Origin: Piromyces finnis finn
Taxonomy: Eukaryota > Fungi > Neocallimastigomycota
Length of the DNA stretch: 64,000 nucleotides
Assembly (NCBI GenBank): GCA_002104945.1
Contig: MCFH01000051.1
Span: forward strand, 248,001 to 312,000
Reading direction: 5' to 3'
Of this stretch, positions 26,072 through 43,900 are shown one piece after another; position 1 is the stretch's first letter, and every line of letters starts with the position of its first letter. The notes beneath the pieces are model-generated. The model saw nothing but the letters and a program-made list of their open reading frames with translations. It was not told the origin of the DNA and did not search any database. Made by a program: the position numbers and the translations under genes.

Positions 26072-27794
26072 CTAAGCATGGTAATGATAATTGAATTGCT
26101 GAAGTCTTTCACAACTTGGTGTTCTCATTTTTGAAGCTTGCTTCAATGCTTCTTGATCAACTTTAAATAAACCTCTTGCGTTATTAATTCTAGCTTGTTT
26201 ATTTCTTCTTTCTAATTCACATTTTCTTATTAAGCCATTAAAGAATTGTTCTTCAACAGAATTTTCAAATTTTCTTAAATGGTCTGAATTTTCAAACTTA
26301 TAATCTCTTGGATCATAATAATATGGTACATCATATTGAGAAGTCTTAGCTTCCTTTGTATATTGTCGTGATGGTGTAAAGGAATAACCAGGGAATGATG
26401 GACCAGAGAATGAAGGTAGTGAAATAAAGATAAGTAATAATAATGGTAATATTTGTAAGAATGTGTATAATATACTTCTATCATTTTGTTGATGTTGTTG
26501 CTGATGTTGTTGTTGTTGACGATAATATTGTCTTTGTGGATGTTGATAGAAGAAGTGTCTATTACGAGAGCCATCTAGAATATTTCATATATAAAATCAA
26601 AAAAATAGTGAGAAAAAAAAAAAAGATTATTTTATCAATGACATTATTTTGATATTGATTATAATCTAAAAAAATATATTTTACCAGCAAAGGAGAAGTC
26701 ACCAAACATCATTCTAAATATTTCTTCTGGTGTTAATTCATTATCATAGTAATAATATTGACCAGCACGACCAAAGTTACTACCAGGTGATGAAGTTGGT
26801 CTTTGAGGAACCTTATCCATTTCTGGTCCATATAAATCATATTGTTTTCTCTTATCTGGGTCACTAAGAACTTGGAATGCATGTCCAATTACTATTTAAA
26901 TTCATATTATTATGAAATATATAAACCGTTTTTATTAGAATAAAATAAAATCAATATAGTGTGAATAATTCGTAAATATATTAATGTTTTTAATTTCTTA
27001 AAATTTTTACCTTTGAAAGCTTCGTCAGCTCCTGGTGCAGAGTTCTTATCTGGATGGAATTTAAGAGCAAGCTATTATTATAGTTTGAAATAAATGTAAT
27101 AATATAGGTTTAGTTAAATGATTTATTTCTTTTTTTTTTTTTTTTTTTTTTTTTTTCTTCTTCTTCCTCTTTATTATTAAATTAATAATTTATTTTTAAT
27201 AGTATTATGATATTCACTTTTCTGTAGGCTTTCTTTAATTCAGCATCTGAAGCATCTTTTGAAATACCAAATAATTCATAAAAATCTTTGCAATTTTTTA
27301 TTTTTTCAACTTCAGCTACTTGTTCTTTAGTGTATGGCTTGTTTTGAAGACCTTTTAATTTATAATATATTATTATTATTATTAATTTATTAATTTTATT
27401 TTGTACAAGGATTTCATATTTAAATTTTACTTTTATTCTAATTAAATTTCAAGAAACTTTTATTATATGCTATATACTATAATATTCATAGCGATATAAA
27501 ATATATTGTATTTTAATGTATATTGAAATAGTATTTACCTGGTTTATTCTCTTCACTGGTATTTGAAGATTTTTCTGCCTTTTTTCTATTACGCATACCT
27601 TCAGAAGATGGAGCTGGTTTTGCACTACTACCTTTATTTGATTCTAATTCTTCTAACCATTGTTTTCCTTGGGGAGTTTCATACAATGAAATGGATTTTT
27701 TGGCAAATTTTAAAGATTTTTCGTAATTACCTTCGTTAAGGTATTTTTTTGAAATTTGTAAGCATCTCAAAGCTTCATCTTTATTAACTTCCAT
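26072..27794 (-). CDS. ER-membrane DnaJ co-chaperone, DNAJB12/DNAJB14-like (J domain, TM segment, DUF1977-like tail), 5 exons
   Basis: N-terminus MEVNKDEALRCL. Spliced J domain DFYELFGISKDASDAELKKAYRK|LALKFHPDKNSAPGADEAFK. Hydrophobic segment LQILPLLLLIFISL. C-terminal TPSCERL and TAG at 26074-26072. Confidence 0.9.
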
Positions 27795-29811
27795 TTTCGT
27801 ATAAACTTATTTGTTTAATTTTTAATTGTTATATAAGAATTGATAGTTTTAAATATACTGATTTTAATTATTTATAAATAATTAATTCGCTTAAATGTTA
27901 TAAATACGAGTTAAAAAATTAAATTGTTTGAATTTGAATTAAAAATTGATAAATTAAAAATTTCTATTTAAATTAATAATTTTGTATTGATATATATACT
28001 GATTTCGTTTCGTTTCTTTTTTTTTTTTTCTTTCAATTATCTGATTCTTTTATTTTTTCTTTTCTTCTTTTATTTATTATTAGTTTTTTTATTTTTATTC
28101 TATTATAAATTAAAAATAAAATGTATATAAATAAATAAATATTAATTATCAAGTTTTTTTTTTTTATTAAAAACATTTAATAATAAATAACTTATTTTTT
28201 TTATTGATATATAGTGTTTATTTTTAATACATCTTTAGAATTAAAAAAATTTATTATAATAGGAATATTAAACAATTATATATAATATTCTATTTTAATT
28301 AAATTATATTATCCTCTCATTATAGGAATATATATGTATGCTTATTGTTATTTTTTTTATTTCATTTTATTTTATAATTCTCAGTTTTATCATTTCTTTT
28401 GCAAAATGTTATTGCTTCCATTAATTTTGATATATTTAAATAAACATAATTATATATATATATGAATAAATAAAAATCTTACTTTATTTTTATGCTGTTT
28501 TTTTTTTTTTTTAATTATTTTTTATTTATATTTATTTTATTTTTCTATTTTAATTTATAATTTTTATTTTATTATTATATTTTTTTAGTACTTTAATGTT
28601 TGTTTTTTTTTTAAGTTTTTATTTAAAACAATTTTTATTTTTATTTTTTTTCTTTCATATATATTGATATTCCTCTTTTGGATTTATTTAAAAAAAAAAG
28701 TATTTAGCTATGATATAAAAAAGGATTAAATTATTAAATAAAATACCAATAACGTTACTAATTTTTTTTAATGAAAAGAAAAAGAGAATTGGATATTTTA
28801 TTAAATTTTTATTTTTTTTTTATTTTTTTTTTTTTTTTGTTTCCTTCTTTTCTTTTCTTTATATATATATTAAAGTAAGCAAATAAAAAATCAAACAAGC
28901 AAATAAAAAAATTTTATGTATAAATGAAAAATAAATGAAAAAATAAAAAATTTTAATATATCTATTTTTTATATTTAATGAATAAATATATATAAAATAA
29001 ATAAATTTTATAGATAAGAAATAAATAAATGAAATAATACTAAATAAATATATAATTTATAATGAATAAGATTTTTTAGAATAATTTGATAAATAATACA
29101 TTTAAATTTTTTTCTTTCAATTCTTAGTATTTAATTATTTAATTAAAAGAAAGTAGATATAAATCATCTTGTTAAGTTATAATATGCTGAATCTTTTTGG
29201 CTATGCAAATAAAGATGAATGAGTCTTTTTCCTATTATTTTTATTTTTTTTTTTCTTTTTTTCTATTTCATTTTTTTACCTTATTTTTTTGGGTCAGTTT
29301 AGAATTTATAAAATTAATTTGACTATAAAATTAATATAATGATAATCCACAAAAAAAGATATTTTTGCTACCAATATATTATAATATATTGCAGAATATT
29401 TCTTTAGAGTTAATTGGATAAAATTAAATCATCTTTTTTTTTATATATAATGAAAGATCATCATTGTGAAAAACAAAAAGAACACTAAAGGAAAGGTTTG
29501 CTTTTTTACTATCCTATAGAGCAATTAAATATAATGAATAGAAAGTGTGTGTAAAATATGTAATTTTTATAATACAAAATTAATATATATTAAATAATAG
29601 ATAAAAATAAAAAAAAAAACTTTTAATTTATAATAAAACAAATCTGAAAAGGGTTTTATTATATATATTTTTCGTTTTAGTAGGTTAAAAAAAATAGAAA
29701 AAAATAATTTTATTTCTTTTAAAGCTTCCAGATTTTTCTTTATCTTTTATTGTCTTGTCTTAAAACCAAGTTGAATTCATAATATCTAAAAATATTTTAA
29801 TTCTTAATATA

Positions 29812-30601
29812 TTAATCTTCTAAATCCATATGATACTCAGAATAAATACTTTTTGTTGTAGTTCCTTCCAATTCTGCTAGTCTACCCATTAATATTTGCT
29901 AAGTTATAAAATGTATACATTAATGTACAACTGTATGAGCATATTAATTATGAAAAGCTATAATTTTAAATAAAAAAAAAATTTAAAAACTGTTATATTT
30001 ACTCCTGCATCTTTAATTTCATTATATTCATGTAATAAATTAATGTATTCTTCATATTCGGGTTTATATTCTCTTGAAAAATAATTAAAAAAAAAAAGGA
30101 ATATAGTTATAAACTTTTCTTCTATTTATTGTTGCTAAAAGTATTTAAATAGTAATATAAATTATTTTTATACAAATATTCTTACTCATAGTTTTTATCT
30201 GAAGATTGTAATTTCGATAATTTTATTTTTAATTCTTCTATTTCTGAATTTACTAATTTTTTTTCTTTTTCTATTTCTTGTTTATCTAGTAATTTCTGTA
30301 AGTCTACTTCAATCCCTTTCGTTGTTAACCATATAATTGTATAATCATCTTTCACTATAACATTTCTATTAAAAATTTTAATATTTAGTAATATTTTTTT
30401 TGTATTAGGAAATTTATTATACATAATATTAACATAAATGTTAATTAATTATATTCACATCAAATCATTTTCTTTCAATTCATTATATGAGGTTTCGGTA
30501 TATGTTTTCAAATTTTGAATTTCTGATAAATTTATGGGTCTTCCTTGGAATTTTGATTTTATTTGTTCTAATAAATATATAGAATTATTTGAAAATTCCA
30601 T
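29812..30601 (-). CDS. SWI5: Swi5/Sae3-family recombination mediator, 4 exons
   Basis: Spliced C-terminus YINLLHEYNEIKDAG|QILMGRLAELEGTTTKSIYSEYHMDLED* matches the recalled Swi5 signature (LHxYNEIKDxGQxLMGxLA). All junctions are GT-AG and in frame. Confidence 0.85.
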
Positions 30602-30663
30602 TATTATTGTACTATCAATTAGTATTTAATTTATAAATTGTTGTTTTTTTTCTTTCGCTCTTT

Positions 30664-30694
<31 letters not shown>

Positions 30695-31241
30695 TCCACC
30701 TATATCATATATGATTTTATAATAGTTACTGAAATTAACATTTAAATTTAGAATCCGAAAAACTCTATATTAAAATGAAGTGTTTGAAATGGAATTAAAA
30801 TCTTTAAAATAAATAATTTTTTTTATGTATTAGCAAATAGTTGGTATAAACATATGTTAAATATATGTTAATATGAATTTGCGTAGATTGATGTGTGTAT
30901 GGTATATATATATATAAATATAGATTATAACAAGAATTGCAATTAAATAAAAAAAAAAATATGTTAGTATATTAAAATTTTTGATTTTTAGCCAATGTAA
31001 TTTTTTTTATTATGTAATTAATTAATTAATTATTTGTAATATTTAATAAAAATTTTTAAAAATTTATTAAATGTTTTATTTTTATAAATTAGTAACAAAT
31101 TATATTAATCATTTTACTTTTTTCGTTTCGTAAAATAGGCAATAATACTTTAATATTTTTTAAATATTATATTAAAGCAACGGAATAGCCATATATTTAA
31201 ATCGTTTAAATTAAAATAAAATTATATAAATAATATTAGCA

Positions 31242-32010
31242 ATGGAATCACCAGTAAGAGAAAATGATTCAAATTTAAAAACTGATGCCGAAAAAAACAC
31301 TATTATTAGAGAAGTAAAAGATAATATTCTTGATAATGTTACAAAATATTTTCAAACGGAATTGCAAAGTAAATAAAATATTTAAATTTAAATTTGATAT
31401 AAGCAACGGTAATATTGATGTATGATTTGATGTATGATTTAAAATTAAAACAATGAAATTTCTTGCTATATATATAAAAAAATAAAATCATTTTTATGGG
31501 ATATTTATAACTAAGTTATATATAAACGCTAATGCATTAATGTTTATTGATATTGTTATTATGATAATAAATTTATCCCTTTTTTTTCACAATTTATTAA
31601 TACTGATGAATAATATAAAATATATAAATTAGCAATATCCCAAGATTATAAAACTTTTGGTGATATGAATAATGCTTCTAAGGAATTTTGTGTAAAAATG
31701 TCAAACAAAGTTCAAGATCTCATTACTTCTATGGCGGAAATACAAGAACAATGTAACTATATTTTATTTATAAATACTTTACTGCAATTAATAATAATAG
31801 CCATTAATCAATTAATTTCTGAAACTCATGTTATTTTTGTTAATAGATATTAAAATAGATAATTATTTAAAAGAAATCACAAAACTAGAGAGTCAAGTTG
31901 ATGATATCGAAAAAATTACTGAAGAATTGGATATTTTTTCAAAAGCATTAGGTTTGTATGAAATGAATAATAATATAATATTATAATTTATTTTATGTTG
32001 AAATTTTTAA

Positions 32011-32043
<33 letters not shown>

Positions 32044-32175
32044 GAAAGAAAAATATTAATAATTAATACTTTAATATTTTATATTCTATATTTCTATTTA
32101 TTATATTTTCATACTATTTCCAAAAATAAAAAAGATGAGCGTTATCCAAAAACCATGTCAAGACTATTTTTTTAA
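31242..32175 (+). CDS. BLOC1S2: BLOC-1 subunit 2 (BLOS2/BLOC1S2)-like, 4 exons; last exon tentative
   Basis: Spliced protein YFQTELQ|TISQDYKTFGDMN...YLKEITKLESQVDDIEKITEELDIFSKAL resembles BLOS2 (ELxATxEDYKLLExMN...YLxQIxxIExQVxxLExxAxxLDxYSKxL). Divergent from SWI5 across about 640 bp. Confidence 0.72.
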
Positions 32176-33255
32176 TTAAAAACTTTATAGTCTTTATATT
32201 TTCCTTATTAATATTAACAAAAACATTAATTATACCATATATCTGCATATATCTGTTTTATAAAACAATTAATAACTAAATTAATGTACATTTAATAATA
32301 TACCTAATTATGAAACCTATTTATGAATATCAAACATCTAATTTTTATAAATAATTAAATAAATATTAACAATTTAGCTTTATAAAGAAAATGTATTTCT
32401 ATTCTCATACTAGTTGTATGATTTATTTATTTATATTTTTTTTTACAAATATTTTTGAAATAAATAAATACTATGTAAGATCTTCTATGTTGATTTGATT
32501 AATTTATTGTTAAAATCTACATCAATTAATTAATACTATAATAAAAAGGTATAATTTATTATTTTTTGAAATGAAATTATATATTTAAACTAAAAGCCTT
32601 TTAAACTTGTTTTTTTTATTATTATTATTATTATTTAAAAAAAATTTAAAATGTTGAATGGTGTCACAAAAAGTAAAAAATTTAATATATTAAAATGGAT
32701 AAAATTATTAATAAAATATTTGTTATAATCAACTTTTTAAATTTTCAAAGTATATGTGTAATTAACAAAAAAAAAAAAAAAAAAAAAAAAAAAAACAGTT
32801 ATATTCATATAATCATATAATAATTATAAAATAGTATATGTTCTACAAAATATAAAGTACAGTTTAAAAAAGTTTTATTTTACTTGAATGTTGAATTTAA
32901 TTAAAAAAAAAATAAAGATTTAATAAAAACAAATGAAACAATATTTTAATAATTTGCCATAAATTTATTATTAACATTATTTATATTAATAATTGTTATT
33001 TATTAAAATATTTTTTTCTATTATTATCTTAAAAAACAAATAGTTAAGAAATCAATAAACATTTGAAATCTAAATGAATAAGTAAAAAATAAATAAATAA
33101 TAATAATAATGATAAAATAAACATATTATATATATAATTTTTAAATAATACTTAAAATTATATTTAAAATAACATTTCCATTTCTATTGTTGATAATATA
33201 AACATTTTTTTTTTAAGAGAAAAAATTTAATTAATACAAATAATATATAAAAATC

Positions 33256-38116
<4,861 letters not shown>

Positions 38117-39621
38117 AATATTTTAAAAATAGAAATTCTTGAAATTTTTGATCCTATAAAAATAGAAATAAAAATAAAAATAAAATAATAATAAAATAAT
38201 AATAAAAATAAAATATAATATAATATAATATTAAATAATCCTAAACAAAAATTAAAGATCATAAGGATTATAATCCCTTTCAAAAAAAAAAAAAAAAAAA
38301 CCTATAGGGATAGGTAAAAGGCAATGGGTAATGAAAATTTATCCTACTAAAATGAAAAAGTTATAATATATATAAAGTTCAGAACAAATAATTGAAAATG
38401 TAAAAGAAAAAAGAAAAAAAAAACATATATATGTGTCTAATAAAAAAAAAGAAAATAATAAAAATAAAAGAAAAAAAAAATACAACAAACTCAAATTAAT
38501 TTTTATTTTTTTATTATTGTTGTTAAACGCTTTTTTATCGTGTTAATTGTTCATCTAGTTGGTCACTAAACTTATGATATTACAATGAATTAATTATTGG
38601 TAAGAATCTCCGCTATCTCCACTATAAAACAAGAAGACTCCACTTTTTTTTTAAAAAAAAAAAAATAGATTAAATTCAATCATGAAATACTTACTTTCCC
38701 CACCCTACATTCAACCAAATGTTTAATAACAAGTAGAGGAGACACAAAAAATGTAAACAAATTTAAAATTGTATTCAATCACCTTTTTCCCAACGAATTT
38801 CTGTAAAATCCTTTTTTAAAATCAAAAAAAAAAAAATTTTTTTTTTTCTTTTATCTAAAATAATTATAATAAAATAATTTGTAATCCGATAAGATTTTAA
38901 TCCTTACTACTCTAAATTTAATTATTTTCAGATATCATTTTTTTAAAAGATTTTAAAGTATTGTTTTTTTTTAAAGTTTCTTATCTTTAAATTTTGTAAC
39001 ACATCATAGTTTAAAATTAGATATTAAAAAAATTTTTTTTTTTTTAGATGTTTTTATTTTTATTTTTATTTTTTTAAAACTAGTGTAACTTTAATCTTTT
39101 CAATAAAAGTGAACTAATTCATCGTTAATAAAAAGGATTCATAAATTAATTGTTGATAGATATATTAATTTAAACTTTTATTTTTTTTTTTTAATTATTA
39201 TTATGGTTTATTATTTTCATAAAAAGAAAATAAGATGATAATGCTTTTTTATTGTTGTATTTTGTTAAATATTTATATTTAAATTTTTTTTTTTTTTTCC
39301 TTTTGTTGTATATTATCTTATATAATTAAAATTTTAGTGATAACTTTTACTTAATTTAAAAGCATGTTATATTAAAAATAAATAAATAAATAAATAAAAA
39401 AAAAAAAAAAAGAGGGGCATAAATAATATTTTATATTTTTTTTTATTATTATTTATTTTTTAATTTATTAATTAATAAATATGATTAATTTGCAAAATGA
39501 TCCTATATAATTGTTATTTATACTTGTTTTTATTGTGTATATGATAATTCCGTTTAATAAAAAAAATGTATATTTCTTATTTTATAATTTTTTTTTAAAA
39601 AAAAAAAAAAGATAATAAATA

Positions 39622-40963
39622 TTAGCGATAAAATATTATAGTTCTTGAAGGTGTCTTTTTTAATGGACGTGATGTAAATTCAGAATACTCAGTATTACGA
39701 AAAGCACTTTCAGGTTTTAATAAAAATGGGTGTCTAATTGCTTGTAATGATGTCATTCTACTATCAGGATCATATTCAAGGCATTGAACTAAAAGATCAC
39801 ATGCATCAAATATAATTTCTGGTATGGTATTATAATGATAACGTTCAAATAAATAATTTTCTCGTATTTTATCTTGAACAAGAGAAGTCGTTGAATAACG
39901 TGCTAGACGACAACCAAGATCTTCTAATGAACAATTATGAATAAATGGTTCTAAAAACATACCCATTACTATACCAGCACTATATAAGTCTGGTTTGGTA
40001 TCTTTACAGTCTCCAAAATAAAGTTCTGGTGCTACAAAGCCTTGTGTACCACAACCTATTGGATGACTACTTCCATCACAAATTCTGGCTAAACCGAAAT
40101 CAATGATAACTAAATCATTATTTTCATCAAACATTATATTAGATATTGTTATGTCTAAATGAACTATATTTAAATTATGTAATTCATTTATAGTCTAAAG
40201 TTATATTTCAATAAATAAATAAAAAAATATTTTTATTAGTTTTTACACTCCTTTACTTTAATAGTATTTTCTTTTTTTTTTTTTTTTTTTTTTTTTGCTT
40301 ACAACACTTACATTAAATAATTGGATAGCTATTTTTTGAATATCAATTAAATTTAAACCAACTTTAGGTATAGAATACAATCTTGGTAAAACAAGAACAT
40401 CTTTATTGGTTTCACTATCTACAAAATGTTCGATTAATTCAATACAATGTTTTACTTTATTTCTTTTCAATATTTTCATAATTTCCAATTCCTTAACAGA
40501 CCATTGTTTTTCTTTAATAAATTTTAAGATAACTTTTTCTTTAGTATCTATATTTGTAGCAAATTTGATTAAAGAACAGTCCGTCTATTAAAAATATAAT
40601 AAAAAATAATTAATTTCTATTTTAGGTTTTCTTTTCTTTCATAATACTTTCAATATTATATTTTCTACTCTTCTATTTTAATACATATATATTTTTATAT
40701 TTATTATTCAATCTTTCTTTTAAAAAAAAAAAACTTTTTTAAATATCTACCTCTATTGGTTTTATTTCATCGTCAACTCTATATTTTTCATTATATACTT
40801 TATTTGAACTATTATTTATTACTGTGGTAGAAGTAGAATCGGTCATTGTGCTCATATCTGAGGTTACTGATATTGTTGAATTAGTAGATGTACTAGTGAG
40901 ATTTACTTTATTATCGTAATCTTCTTGTTTATATATTGGTGTAAAAGGTTGAAGACAAATCAT
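39622..40963 (-). CDS. Divergent Ser/Thr protein kinase, 3 exons
   Basis: Spliced frame gives VILK (beta3 Lys), KELE (alphaC Glu), VHLDITISN (catalytic loop), DFGLAR, GTQGFVAPE and DLYSAG. Confidence 0.82.
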
Positions 40964-43900
40964 TTTTTTAATAAAGAATTTTTTTATTCTCTTTTAAAAA
41001 AAGTATTATTATTTTAACACTTGTTTTTATTATCAGAAAATATTATAATATTACTTTGTTTTGTCTTTTCTATTTTTTTTTTTTTTGCTTATAAGTTATT
41101 ATGATAATTTTTGAAATTTATATTACGCTTCTTTATTTGTAAAAAAATATATTATAAAAAAGGAAAAAATAATAAATATTACTTTATAAAAAATTTAATC
41201 AGATAATATTTTTTATCCTATTGAAAAACTACTAATTCTTATCCCTTTCTTTCTTTCTTTAAAGAAGAATTTATATATACAATTTTTGTATTGTTTTACT
41301 GTATTAATACTAATTTTATTTATTGTATTACTAATTAATTTATAAATCAAAAATTAATAAATATTGTGAAAAAGAATTATTAAAAATAAATAGTTTTTTT
41401 TTTAAAAAAATAATTTTGTATTATTTTTTTTGTCTAATACTATATTTAACTTTTTTAATTGGATTTTAAAAAATATTTAATTTTTTTAGTTGATATTTTT
41501 TTTATTCCGATAAAAATAAAAAAAAAAATGTTGTTATATTATTGTTTTACTAAGCATTTAAAAAGAAACATATTATTTATATTTTAATTTATTTTAAAAT
41601 ATTTTCTTTATTAATTTGTTTGTTTAAAAATGCTTTAATATTCTTGTTTCAATAATTGTAATATCATTTATATTATTATATTATCTTTTGTTTTTTTATG
41701 CTTTTTAATTCATCAATTTTGTTTTAAATAATCTTTATTAAGACAAATTTTATAACAAATGAAATAAATAGTCATTAAACAATAAGTTATAATACAATGA
41801 TATACTTTAATAAATTATATAATTTTTTAATTTCGTTTATTATTATAAACTTTTTAATATGGAAAATAATTTTTTTTTTTTTTTTTTTTTTATTATTTTA
41901 TCCTTTAAAAATAATTATGAATCCTTTTCTTAACTCATTTAAATAATAAAAATAAATAAAAACAAAAAGTTAACATTCAATTATTAACTTCTTTTATAAA
42001 AAAAAATTAAAATTTTAAAAAAAAAAATAAAGATAATTTTTAACTCTTATATATCTTTTTTTTTTTTTACTATAATTAAAATGATTAATTAATATGAATA
42101 ATAAATATTAAAAAAAAAAAAAAAAAAAATTGATATAATAAAAAGTTTTAACTATGAAAATTGAAAATATTCAATTCTAATAATATATTAATATATATAA
42201 TACTATTTTCCATATATATTATTTTATTATTGCATATAATATCTATAATATGTATTTATTCAAATACAATCATGTATACATTTTGTATAAGTGGAGTTAA
42301 TATATATTTGAATATAATCAATAATATATAAAGTTTATTGATAAGTGTAATCGAAATTAAAATATTTTTTAAAAAAAAGATATACATTTATCATATATTA
42401 CAATTATCACAAAATATATTATTTATCTATTGTTTATTTTATTAATAAATATGTTTTTAATATTTTAATATATAAAGGATAAATAAGTTATTGATAATAT
42501 ATTATATTGTAATTTAGTATGAACAAGTCATATTTATTTAAATAAATATTAAAATATATTAACAATATATTAACTATATATTCAACATTTTATATTAGAC
42601 AGATGAGGAATGTAATATATATTAAAGTATATTGTTATTATATATAATATTGAATTTATATATGAACTATTTTAAAATTTACAGAAAGATAAAATAAAAT
42701 TAAAAAAATATCAACTCTTCTTGATAATAAGATCTTTCTTTTAACAGGTTTGCTCTGATTTCTATGTCTGTTTCATTAAAAGGAAGTAATGAAAAGAAGA
42801 ATAAGAAAAATAAACATTCTTCAGCAATCATTAAATATTAGTACTTCATTGTTTTTTTATTCCTATTCATATGCATGATCATTAATACCTTACAAAAGAT
42901 GGAATAAATAGTGTTTTAATAACAACATATTCATCATGATTAATGCATTATCTCCTTTAATTTTTATTTAAAAAAAATACATATATTATATATCACTTGA
43001 ATTTAATTAAATTAAAAAAAAAAAAGAAACTTAAAAGAAATCCATATAATAATTTGGAATATCAAAAGTGTTTAAATCCCTATTGTATTATAGAGTTTGA
43101 TTTTTATTATGTATATGGTGCGTTATTTTAGAGAATGATTTATAATTTTCACTACTTTAATATCACTTTTAACCTTTTTCATGCCTAAATTTATAATATT
43201 CAAGTACTAAATAAAATGTTAATGAAAGCAGCGACTTTCATTTTTCACTCAACAACTGTTTTTGTTTATTTAATTAAAATCTCATTGAATTAATAATATA
43301 TTATCAATATATTAAAAATTATATTAATATTATTGTTTATAAAGGATAAATATATTAATTAATTATTAAAATAGTCATGTGTTCTTTTTTTAGATTTATA
43401 ACTTTAAAATTATTTCAAATTGATTGGATTTTTTTTACAAGAAAGATGTCTTTAAAAAACATTTATTTTAAATAATAGAATATGTTAAATAAAAATGTAA
43501 TAATAAAAAAAGCAAACTTTTTATTTATGCATTAAACTAAAAAGCAATTATAACCCTATCTGCAAACAATTTTTTTACTAACCAAATTTTTTAATTTTTT
43601 TTTTTTAATTTTGACATTATTTTTGTTTACTTTTATTATTATTTAATTAACCCACATATTAATTAAATTGAAGAAGTGGGAAAAGTTTAAAAATTTTGGT
43701 ACTTTTCACGTTTATTTATACTTTTTTGATTTTTAAAATGTATCAAGAAAATTTCTCCACACAAAAATGTATGTACATTATCAAAAATTTTTTATTAAAA
43801 TTAATTGAAGTAACAAAAAATAAATAAAAAAAATGAACAGTTTATAGTGTATGACTTTTAATATTATTTATTTAATTAGACATATTTCGAATTTATCTTA

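Noticed and set aside
42700-42960. Slightly GC-richer patch with a GDNALI-like ankyrin fragment on the minus strand
   Set aside because: All frames are interrupted and the similarity is too short to support a pseudogene call.
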